This document shows positions 1-12,100 of a DNA stretch of 64,000 bases, in pieces. The notes under the pieces are model-generated. The model was not told the origin of the DNA and made no database searches. It was given only the letters and a program-made list of their open reading frames with translations. The stretch is from positions 1-64,000 of the forward strand of contig JAUCBJ010006854.1 of assembly GCA_032718475.1 (NCBI GenBank), in the 5' to 3' direction. The stretch's first letter is position 1. Each line of letters begins with the position of its first letter. Both the position numbers and the translations under genes were made by a program. Source of the DNA: Nemertoderma westbladi. Taxonomy: Eukaryota; Animalia; Xenacoelomorpha.

Positions 1-3000
1 TTCTTGATTTTTCGAGGGGGGACGCGTAATGCCAAAAAAATAAGATTCTTCAGAGCTTTTAGCGAATCTATCGTTTTGACGGACATGACGGACAATTGTC
101 CGTTTTCTTCACGCGAATTCACCATTAGGGTCTATGTAAAAAAAATTAAATATCGCCCCTACCCGCTAGAAGTTGCCCGGAATCGAAAGAGGGTCTAAAA
201 ATTAGATTTCACATATTTTTGTTTTAAAAATTAAGTCGATGGTTTACCGGCTAATGTCCGTCAAATTCGAGAAAACGGACAAAATGACTTTGCGGGATCC
301 GCTATAACTCGGCTAGTATTAATCGTACGGAGACGAAGGTAACGCGGGTGGATAGGGAAAGAGTAGTACTACGTTCGTATCGAATGGGGGTAAGATATTT
401 ATTAATATGTCGGGTCTAAAAAGGGGCCGTAACTTTTCCGTTTTTGTCCGTCATTTTTATATGATTAATATTTCCGAAATTTTTAATTCGAAAACGCTAG
501 TAGGAATCTGCCAATTCTTTTTCGGAAGTCGTAACAGACCACATGGGCTACATTCCTATCGAATGGGGGTACAAAAAATATGTCGGCAAAAGGGTCCAAA
601 AAGGGCCAGAAACTGATAAAGGATTCATAACTAATAACTTTTTAATTTTTTACTCTAGAAGGTTAAGGTACATTTTATACGGTTAATATTGATACGGGCA
701 ATCCAAATATTCGATTGGTTTTGCTGCGCAAATGATATAAAAAAAATGAGGGCCAATATTAAAATTTCGCGTTTCAAACTCGCTGCGCGGGAACACGTCT
801 AGCTCGAAAACTACTCAACGTCTGGGAGACGTATTTAAACATTCTTATAGAGCGTTAAATTATCTATCTTTCAGCGTTAGTTACAGCGCCGTAGCTATTA
901 TACAACTGGTGCGGCAGACGATCGTGTGAAATTAAATATTTATAAAAAGGGGCAAAAAAAATTTTTTTTTTAATAAATCGCTACTCCATTATAATTTAGC
1001 GTATTGCGCCAAAAGTAGATTTAAAATTTAGCAAATTACCTCCGCTATCTTTTTTCTTAACATTTATAATTAAAATTAAGAATTTTAAGGGCCGAAAAAT
1101 ATCGCGTAAATTTGGCCCTTTTTTTTCATTTTTTTTGGGGCCAAAAATGACCCCCTCTCAAAAGATAGAAAAAAAAATTACGGCAAAGAATATACCAATT
1201 TTATTGAATTTGGACCACCAGAACCGAAGTTAGAGCGATTTTAGTGAAAAAATAAAAATATTTTTTTTTGCAAAAAATTAAGAATGGCCAATATTGGATT
1301 TCGTACCCTCGAACTTAGGTTTCATTAACGTGATTGATAACCACTAGACTATGTGACCAAGTGATTTTGAAATTTTCGAATGACTATTTTTAAACATCAA
1401 TAACTTCGGTTCTACTGGGCCGTTTGATCTGAAACTTTTTTCATTGGATAGAGGATAGATTGTAGTATGTGAAATAGGATACAACTTGGGAAAAAACGCA
1501 TGTGCACTTAGTGCAAAATGCACTTAAATAGTGCACATTTTTTCGATATTTCAAACACTATTATTTCAAGTTCTATACATCGTATAATGTTATTACTTGG
1601 GTTAAAATGTAGTTTGGAGTGATTTCTAACTATAATCTTAACATTTGTTTATCTTTTTATGTCTATAAATTGACTTAAAATGTCCATGAATATGGTCCAA
1701 AATCGCAAATGTCGCGATTTATTAAATTTGATTTTTTACACTTTTAGCGACTGACACTTGATCATGCACCATCGTAGATCGGTAGAGGATAGACATAAGT
1801 GTGTGAAATAGGAACCACCTATAGGATCCGCTAAAGTGCACTTGTGCAAATATGTGTGCAAATGCGCAATTTTTTTTAATAAGGTCAACTTGTGTATTAT
1901 TGGGTTCTTTTCGTTGCAGATAGTTTATTTTCATATTAATATGTTGTTTGGACCTTACTGAGCGCATTAGGGACATGTGTACAAATAACCGGTCCTTATA
2001 AGAGTTCGATTGGGTAAATTAATAAAACATAAGGTTGTAATATTCTAAAAAAACAGTGTGATCTTAAATGAATTTTAAACAATAAATAGAGATTAGATAA
2101 CAAATGGACCACACAATTTATTAAAAAACTCGCACCTTTTCGGACTTATAGCTTCAATTTTATTCAACAGTGGATATTTGGGGGAAGTTAGATGAACTGC
2201 ATTTATGCAGTGATTCTAACTTCCCCTTTCTTAATATAATATACCAAAGGCACATTCTTTGGAGGACCTGTTGTTTACTATGTAGACTTTGTTCAACCTA
2301 AACAACTTAAGTCAGATTAACAATATTATCCTGTAAAATTTCTAAGCAATGACTGGTATGAATAATGCTGAACTTCGAACTATGGTTCTGTAATTAAATT
2401 TGATTACTTCAACTTTTATACGGATTTACCAGTGAAAGAAACCTAGAATCCATTATCACAATGTAACAGTATCAATAACCATATCTATTCTATGTAGATC
2501 ATAAGAGAGACATCCTTGATTCATATATTATAATTTCCGAGCTGAAATGTTTCGGTGACTATAACTTACAGACTTCGTATTATGTACAAACGACTGAGTA
2601 GTATATATTAATATTAATGGGTTACCGGTATATAGAACGAGTGTAGACTGGGAGCGAAAATATATTACATACAATTTCGAGTAATATAAAATTAACGAGT
2701 CCAGTTCATTTCCCCTCGTGTCATTCGACGCATACCCCCCCCCCCCCCCCCTCCACGCTTTTCCCTTTACATCGTAGTCTTTCTTTAAGTATAACTTCAT
2801 TTTGGGTCCACCTTGGTGGGAAGAAACATTTTTTAAAAACATTCAGTAAGGGCGGCGTCGAGTGAGGTGAATTCGCCGCCCCTCTAAAGGACGCAGTCTA
2901 CATACTGGACGCGTAGTTACTGCGAAAACGGTGTTCCCCCCCCATTCGACCTATTTCCAGCCGTACGATTTTCTCGATTTTTCGAGGGGGGACGCGTAAT

Positions 3001-6000
3001 GCCAAAAAAATAAGATTCTTCAGAGCTTTTAGCGAATCTATCGGTTTGACGGACAGTACGGACGATTGTCCGTTTTCTTCACGCGAATTCACCATTAGGG
3101 TCTATGTAAAAAAAATTAAATATCGCCCCTACCTGCTAGAGGTCGCCCGGAATCGAAAGAGGGTCTAAAAATTAGATTTCACATATTTTTGTTTTAAAAA
3201 TTAAGTCGATGGTTTACCGGCTAATGTCCGTCAAATTCGAGAAAACGGACAAAATGACTTTGCGGTTTTCACTATAAGTCGGATAATATTAATCGTACGG
3301 AGACAAAAGTAACACGTCTGGATATGAGAAGAGTGGTACTACGTTCGTATCGAATGGGGGTAAGATATTTTTTAATATTTCGGGTCGTAAAAGGGGCCGT
3401 AACTTTTCCGTTTTTGTCCGTCATTTTTATATAATTAATATTTCCGAAATTTTTAATTCGGAAACGCTAGTAGGAATCTGCCAATTCTTTTTCGGAAGGC
3501 GTAACAGACCACAGGGGCGACATTCCTATCGAATGGGGGTACAAAAAATATGTCGGCAAAAGGGTCCAAAAAGGGCCAGAAAGTGATAAAAGGTTTATAA
3601 CTAATAACTTTTTTATTTTTGACTCTACATGGTTAAGGTACATTTTATACGGTTAATATCGATACGAGGAATTCAAATATTCGATTGGTTTTGCTGCGCA
3701 AATGATATAAAAAAAATGAGGGCCAATATTAAAATTTCGCGTTTCAAACTGGCTGCGCGGGAACACGTCTAGCTCGAAAACTACTCAACGTCTGGGAGAC
3801 GCATTTAAACATTCTTATAGAGCGTTAAATTATCTATCTTTCAGCCTTAGTTACAACGCCGTAGCTATTATACAACTGGTGCGGCAGACGATCGTGTGAA
3901 ATAAAATATTTATAAAAAGGGACGAAAAATTTTTTTTTTTTAATAAATCGCTACTCTATTATAATTTAGCGTATTGCGCCAAAAGTACATTTAAAATGTA
4001 GAAAATTACCTCCGCTACCTTTTTTCTTAACATTTATAATTAAAATTATGAATTTTAAGGGCCCAAAAATATCGCGTAATTTTGGCCCTTTTTTTCATTT
4101 TTTTTTGGGGCCAAAAATGACCCCCTCTCAAAAGATAGAAAAAAAAATTACGGCAAAGAATATACCAATTTTATTGAATTTAGACCACCAGAACCGAAGT
4201 TAGAGCGATTTTAGTGAAAAAATAAAAAAAATTTTTTTTGCAAAAAATTAAGAATGGCCAATATTGGATTTCGTACCCACGAACTTAGGTTTCATTAACG
4301 TGATTGATAACCACTAGACTATGTGACCAAGTGAATTTGAAATTTTCGAGTGACTATTTTTAAACATCAATAACTTCGGTTCTACTGGGCCGTTTGATCT
4401 GAATCTTTTTTCATTGGATAGAGGATAGATTGTAGTGTGTGAAATAGGATACAACTTGGGAAAAGACGCATGTGCACTTAGTGCAAAATGCACTTAAATA
4501 GTGGACATTTTTTCGATATTTCAAACACTATTATTTCCAGTTCTATTGATCGTAGAATGTTATTACTTGGGTTAAAATGTAGTTTGGAGTGATTTCTAAC
4601 TATAATCTTAACATTTGTTTATCTTTTTATGTCTATAAAGTGACTTAAACTGTCCATGAATATGGTCCAAAATCGCAAATGTCGCGATTTATTAAATTGG
4701 ATTTTTGACACTTTTAGCGACTGACACTTGATCATGCACCATCGTAGATCGGTAGAGAATAGACATAAGTGTGTTAAATAGGAACCACCTTTAGGATCCG
4801 CTAAAGTGCACTTGTGCAAATATGGGTGCAAATGTGCAATTTTTTTTAATAAGGTCAAATGGTGTATTATTGGGTTCTTTTCGTTGCAGATAATTTATTT
4901 TCATATTAATATGTTGTATGGACCTTACTGAGCGCATTAAGAGTATGTGTACAAATAACCGGTCCTTATAAGGGTTCGATTGTATAAATTAATAATAAAT
5001 AAGGTTGTAATATTCTAAAAACCAGTGTGATCTTAAATGAACTTTAAACAATAAATAGAGATCAGATAACAAATGGACCAGACAATTTATTAAAAAACTC
5101 GAACCTTTTCGGACTTAATATATTGCTTCAATTTTAATCATCAGTGGATATTTGGGGGAAGTTAGATAAACTGCATTTATGCAGTGAATCTAACTTCCCC
5201 CTTCATGATATAATATAACAAAGACACACTCTTTGGAGGACCTGTTGTTTACTATGTAGACTTTGTTCAACCTAAAAAACTTAAGTCAGATTAACAATAT
5301 TATCCTGTAAAATTTCTAAGCAATGACTGGTATGAATAATGCTGATCTTCGAACAATGGTTCTGTAATTAAATTTTATTACTTCAAAATTTATACGGATT
5401 TACCAGTGAAAGAAACCTAGAATCCATTATCACAATGTAACAGTATCAATAACCATATTTATTCTATGTAGATCATAAGAGAGACATCCTTGATTCATAT
5501 ATTATAATTTCCGAGCTGAAATGTTTCAGTGACTATAACTTACAGACTTCGTATTATGTACAAACGACTGAGTAGTATATATTAATATTAATGGGTTACC
5601 AGTATATAGAACGAGTGTAGACTGGGAGCGAAAATATATTACATACAATTTCGAGTAATATAAAATTAACGAGTCCAGTTCGTCTCCCCTCGTGTCATTC
5701 GACGCATACCCCCCCCCCCCCCCCCCCCCCCCCCTCCACGCTTTTCCCTTTACATCGTAGTCTTTCTTTAAGTATAACTTCATTTTGGGTCCACCTTGGT
5801 GGGATAAATATTTCTCCATTTGACGCAACACCGCCGCGGCCGCTATGAGGGAGGTGAATACCGCGGCCGCTCCTAAAGCCGCAGGCCATCGCTAACTATA
5901 TAGGTTAACTTGGGATTCTGGGGGACTTTTCGATGAAGGAACTGACCAAATTTTTTTATTTTCTCACCAGGGGAGCGGCTCGGAATTCTAAGATATTAGC

Positions 6001-8530
6001 AACTCTAACATTATTAAATCTAACCCTTCGACGGACACGGCGGACAAAAAACCGTCATTTTTTCGACAATTTTAAAATTTTTTTGAAAGGCGCTCTACAG
6101 TGGCTCGAAAAAACCCTAGGTTATTGCTTAGCCGACGCCGGGATACGATAGAAGGGATTAATTAGTGAATTCGTTTTTTTTTTCAAAAAAGATTACCACG
6201 CCTTTTTTCCGAAAATGTCCGTCAAAGTTGAAAAAACGGACAAAATGACTTTGCGGGATCCGCTATAACTCGGCTAATATTAATCGTACGGGGACGAAAG
6301 TAACGCGGTTGGAAAGGGGAAGAGTGGTACTACCTTCGTATCGAATGGGGGTAAGATATTTATTAAAATTTCGGGTGGAAAAAGGGGCTGTAAATTTGTA
6401 CGTTTTTGTCCGTCTTTTTTGGAAAACTTATTTCCGAAATGTTTAATTCGACAACGCGGGTAGGAATCCACTAATTCTTTTATGAAACTCGTAGAAGACC
6501 ATTGGGGCTACGTTCCTATCGAATGGGGGTACAAAAAATATGTCGGCAATAGGGGCCAAAAAGGGCCAGAATTTGTAAAGTAGTTTTTATCGAATAATTT
6601 TTTATTTTTAACTTTAGTTGGTTAAGGTACATTCTATACAGTCAATATCCATACGGGGAATTCAAATATGCTATCGGTTTTGCTCCAAGGATGATATTAA
6701 AAAAATGAGGGCCAAAATTATAATTTCGCGCTTCAAACTTGCTTCGCGGGAAATCGTCTAGCTCGAAAACTACTTAACTTACGGGAGATTTGTTTACACA
6801 GACTTATAGTGCGTTAAATTATCTATCTAACAGCGTTAATCACAGCGCCGGAGGTATTATAAAACTGGAGCGGCAGGCGATCGTGTGAAATATAATATTT
6901 ATAAAAAGGGACGAAAAATTTTTTTTTTTAACAAATCGCTATTCCATTATAATTTAGCGTATTGCGCCAAAAGTACCTGTAAAAAGTATCAAATTAACTC
7001 CGCTATCTTTTATCTTAACATATATAATTAAAATTACGAATTTTAAGGGTCGAAAAATATCGCGTTATTTTGGCCCTTTTTTTTAATTTTTTTGGGGCCA
7101 AAAATAACCCCTTCTCAAAAGATTAAGAAAAAAATTACGGCAAAGAATATACCAATTTTATTGAATTTGGACCACCAGAACCGAAGTTAGAGCGATTTTA
7201 GTGAAAAAATAAAAATAATTTTTTTTGCAAAAAAATTAAGAATGGTCAGGTCAATATTGGATTTCGAACCCGCGAACTTAGGTTTCATTAACGTGATTGA
7301 TAACCACTAGACTATGTGACCAAGAGAATTTGAAATTTTCGAGTGACTATTTTTAAACATAAATAACTTCGGTTCTACAGGGCCGTTTAATCTGAAACTT
7401 TTTTCATTGGATAGAGGATAGATTGTAGTGTGTGAAATAGGATAAAACTTGGGAAAAGACTTATGTGCACTTAGTGCAAAATGCACTTAAATAGTGAACA
7501 TTTTTTCGATATTTCAAACACTATTATTTCCAGTTCTATTCATCGTAGAATGTTATTTTTTGGATTAAAATGTAGTTTGGAATGATTTCTAACTATAATC
7601 GTAACATTTGTTTAACTTTTTATGTCTATAAAGTGACTTAAAATGTCCATGAATATGGTCCAAAATCGCAAATCCAGATTTATTAAATTGGATTTTTGAC
7701 ACTTTTAGCGACTGACACTTGATCATACACCATCGTAGATCGGTAGAGGATAAACATAAGTTTGTTAAATAAGAGCCACCATTACGATCTGCTAAAGTGC
7801 ATTTGTAGTTCTATTCATCGTAGAATGTTATTTTTTGGATTAAAATGTAGTTTGGAATGATTTCTAACTATAATCGTAACATTTGTTTAACTTTTTATGT
7901 CTATAAAGTGACTTAAAATGTCCATGAATATGGTCCAAAATCGCAAATCCAGATTTATTAAATTGGATTTTTGACACTTTTAGCGACTGACACTTGATCA
8001 TACACCATCGTAGATCGGTAGAGGATAAACATAAGTTTTTTAAATAAGAGCCACCATTACGATCTGCTAAAGTGCATTTGTACAAATAAGTGTGCAAAAG
8101 TGCAAATTTTTTAATAAGGTCAAATTATATAGTATTGGGTTATTTTCTTTGCAGATACTTTATTTTCATATTAATATGTTGTTTGAACCTTACTGAGCGC
8201 ATTAGGGGATATGCGTACAAATAACCGGCCCTTATGAGGCTTCGATTGGGTAAATTAATAAAACATAAGGTTGTATAGTATAATATTCTAAAAACCAGTG
8301 TGATATTAAATGCACTTTAAATAATAAATAGAAATCAAATAACAATTGGACCACACAATTAAAAACTCGCACAATTTTGTACTTATTATATCGCTTCAAA
8401 TTAATTCAACAGTGGATATTTGGGGGAAGGGGGAAGTTACAGTGTGCATTCGGGGGAAGTTTGGTGAACTGCATTTATGCAGTGAATCCAAACTTCCCCC
8501 TTTGAGATATCATATACTTAAGACATGCTA
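1..8530. repeat. Tandem array of a ~2.97-kb non-coding unit (copy 1 ~1-2970, copy 2 ~2971-5930, diverged partial copy 3 to ~8530); possibly a non-autonomous Helitron/Helentron-type element
   Basis: 'ttc(t)tgatttttcgaggggggacgcgtaatgcc' occurs at 1 and 2971 with colinear near-identity afterwards. Copy 3 aligns clearly from ~6210. Degenerate internal sub-repeats are present (e.g. tatcgaatgggggt at ~378 and ~557). Only short spurious ORFs. The family assignment is inference. Confidence 0.9.
7532..8081. repeat. 275-bp tandem duplication inside repeat copy 3
   Basis: 'agttctattcatcgtagaatgttattttttgg' begins at both 7532 and 7807, and both copies run to 'gctaaagtgcatttgta'. Confidence 0.9.
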
Positions 8531-9154
8531 GGGTGACGGGGAAATATTTGTTACTGTCACACTTTGCTTCCATTTATCCTATCCTTTATTATTACCCTAG
8601 TCAGATAAGAGATAATAATCAGTAAAAACCAAACTAAACTGTCTTTCATGCAAACAAATTTCTAACTAAAGACGAGTGAATGACCATGACCATGGAAATA
8701 ATTTTAAATATAATTGTATATCAACTATTTGGGGAGGCTTCCAAGTTAAACCCGAAAACAATTATTTTGTTACATAGTAAATAACGTTGTATGTTCTTCT
8801 TCCTATCATAATAAAATATAAATGAAATATCTCAGATCGCTATGCCCTGTAACATTTCACAACCAAAATATTTAAGTGTGAAAAGTGTAGGCCTACCACA
8901 CTCCGCCCAAACAACCGCAAACGCATAGCCAACAAATTTAACAAAAGGTTACATACATGTTGGGTTCATGACGAGATCAGTGAAAATTGATCGCGTAATA
9001 TAAAGTAAAAAATTAATAGTCGGGCTGGCTCTCCTCCACTTTCTTACCCAATGGATATGTTGTTGTAATAATCTAATATTGGGGCGGCTTTCTCTCGGTT
9101 CAGAGCTCTACGGGGTTTATCAAAATAATAGCGAGTTCGAATTTCGCTAAGAAC

Positions 9155-12100
9155 TCATTCTCTACCAGCATGATAAAGTTTACTGTGAACATCTACAATC
9201 ATCTTGATTTGTACTTCAAGATTTCTAATGAGTATGGGGAATTTAGTGTCAAAGGATAATGGCGCATTGGTGAGCCTTCCTCCAACACGTATTAACCCAT
9301 CTATCATTGTGCTAGAGAATCGATCCCTTAAGCGCATCTGCGGATTTCTCAACAACAGGAAATACTTATCGGAATCCTCATAGCATTGCAGGAGTCTCAG
9401 TATCTGCTTATTGGTTTCTTCATGCTCCTGGTAACTAATTTTCTCCTTTAGAAACCGGTCGGATGTCTTATATTTGGGTAAATTTTTAATAACATGAACT
9501 TGCGCAGATGTCAATGGAGCGGTATCACTAATGGTCTTCGTCCTGGAGTAGTGATGATGAAAACATCTCCTTAAATACGTGACGGCTTTACAGAGCCGAT
9601 TCCAGGAACTGTAGTGATGCATTGCTCTCTGCAGCAGGGGTGAGATTCCTTGCGAGACGTCTGGTATTCCAGATTTCCAATCTCTATCTCTAATTTCCAC
9701 AACAGACTTATTTGTGGTGAGGGATTGTGGATCCGAAGCATCGTTTCCGGAAGTATGTAATACAGATAGATCGATAGTCGGTTTAAATAACTTCGATTTA
9801 CTCGCCCGGGTTTTAGGTTTGACTTTCTCCGCTCCCTTGGCTTGTCTAATCTCCGCCGTAGTAAGGTGAGGAGACCATTCATCCTCTTCCTTACTCAGGA
9901 AGTCGGGTCCACCCAACCAGTCTGGAGTATCTATCAGTTCCTGTGGAGTCGCTCCCCTGGAGGCGATATCGGCTGGATTAATCGTACCAGGGCAATGTCT
10001 CCATTGATCTATCTTTGTGCGACTAAGAATAATAGCTACCCTGTTAGTAACAAAAACGCTGAACTGACAGACTTCATTGGTTATATACTCCAACACGAGT
10101 AAAGCGTCGGTCCAATAAACAGTTTTCTCCAGTGAATAGTCGATTTGTTCTGTTACGTTCCGGCCGATGGCTGTAGCGTATAAAGCAGCTTTTAACTCCG
10201 CTCGAGGAACCTTTAACTTGTTGTTAATCAATGCCTTAGAGGTAACCAAGGCGACTTTGATTCCATCAGGAGTTTCGACTCGCAGATATGCTACTATACC
10301 TATTCCCATGTCGCTGGCGTCTCCAAACACATGGAGTTGATAGGAATACGTAGGAAGAACATGACCAAAATATGCACGGGAAATTACAAAGCTCTCGATG
10401 GCAGGTAGAGAATCTTCCCATTTCATCCATTTCTTTAACAGTTCTCCCTTAAGTGGATCGTCCCATGAGTGGTTTTCAAGCCACATTTGTTGTACTAAAC
10501 TCCGAGCAATCAATATAACTGGGCTAATAAATCCCAATGGGTCGAAATAAGTGCTCAGGATACTTAAACAAATCCGTTTGGTCCGAACTGGATTATCTCG
10601 CTGTTTTAGCTGAAAAAACAGGATATCTCTTTCAGTGTCCCACTTCAAGCCAAGCGTCTTGGTTTCTGGAAGATCATCCTTTATTAAGTCTAGGTCTTTC
10701 GCTCCTCGGTCTTCTACCGGTATCGCTTCCAGAAACTCACGGGAGTTGCTAGTGAATTTCGTCAGTCGAAATCCACCTCTTTTCAAACACTCTACCGTTC
10801 CTTTCGCGACATCAATGGCTTCCTCTACTGATGGAAGGGACCTTAAATTATCGTCCATGTATATATTACGCTTGATGTTGTCTATCACCTCTTTTGAGAA
10901 GGCGTCTCGGTTGTCATTCGCAGTGGTCCGCACCACGGAGCAGGCGTTGGAAGGGCTTGATATGATCCCAAAAGCCTGGATGGTCATCCAGTACTCTACC
11001 GGTTTCTGGTTGAGATCTCCTTCAGGCCACCACAGAAATCTCAGGCTGTCTCTATCTCTATCCAGCGCCTTGACTTGTAAGAACATTCCTTCTATATCGG
11101 AGGCGAACGCGATGGAATATTGTCTTAATCTTAAAAGTATTCCCAACAAGGATTGGAGTAAGTTGGGTCCTGGTAACAACTCGGAATTGAGGGATTGGCC
11201 CATATATAGAGCAGAGCCATCGAATACGACTCGTACTTCATGGGGTTTACCGGGTTTGGGAACGTAATAATGTGTTAAGTAATACGTTCTCTCGGTTACT
11301 GGTGTTCCTTCCGGTACTCGCTCCGCGTATCCCTTTGTAATAAATTTCTTCAACTGAGTTTGGTACATTTCTTTAGCTGAAGCATTAGCCGTAAGGCGTC
11401 GATGTAATTGAGTGATTATTTTCTCTGCCAAGGGTCTGTTATTTATAAATCTAGGTTCTCGTTTTCGAAATGGTAGGCCGATTTCATATCTACCTTGATC
11501 TTTTAAAAAACGGGTAGTTGTTTCCTGGATTTGCTTGGCTCTTTCTTCTTCTATCGATAGGGCCTTATCGTATGAATTGGGCTCTACCAATTCTTGAGTA
11601 AAGAATCGTACGGCGAGTTCGTCCCGAGTTCTAGCGTTGTAGCGCTCTATCTCATCATTTAGTTCGTCATTGTAATCAATGGGTCCCGATGGGCGAATCA
11701 GTTGACATAGGTTCACCTGGTTTTTCCACGTTTTGTTTTCTGTAAGTAGGTCGATTGTGTTCTCTTCATCGAAGAGTTGGTAGATGTCGTCATTATCTGA
11801 GGAGTATGGTGTTCCCTCAGTTAGTTCGTCCACCTCACTGCTCTCCTCTTCCCCATCATTTACTTGGTATATTCGTTCTTGTGGCATTCTCTCTTCGAGA
11901 GTTCTGCGGGAAGGGCCAGTAAAGTACCAACCTACTCTAGTTCTTACCGCATAGGTTTGCAGTGGCTGTGGTTGAGCAGGCCGTTTCTCCAATGTCTCGA
12001 GCGCCTCATGCGCGTTTTGGCCGATGAGTATTTGCACTCCAGGATAATCTGTCTGGAATCGAGGTATCTTAAGATGTTGGATGCTCTCATCCTCGTCCCA

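Noticed and set aside
2840-2900. HDV-like ribozyme at the GC hairpins (also 5830-5890)
   Set aside because: I could not build P3, P1.1, P4 or the J4/2 catalytic C on either strand; it is a simple hairpin.
4-8531. Short ORFs in the 3-kb repeats
   Set aside because: No recognisable domains, many start at non-ATG codons, and frames are not conserved between copies.
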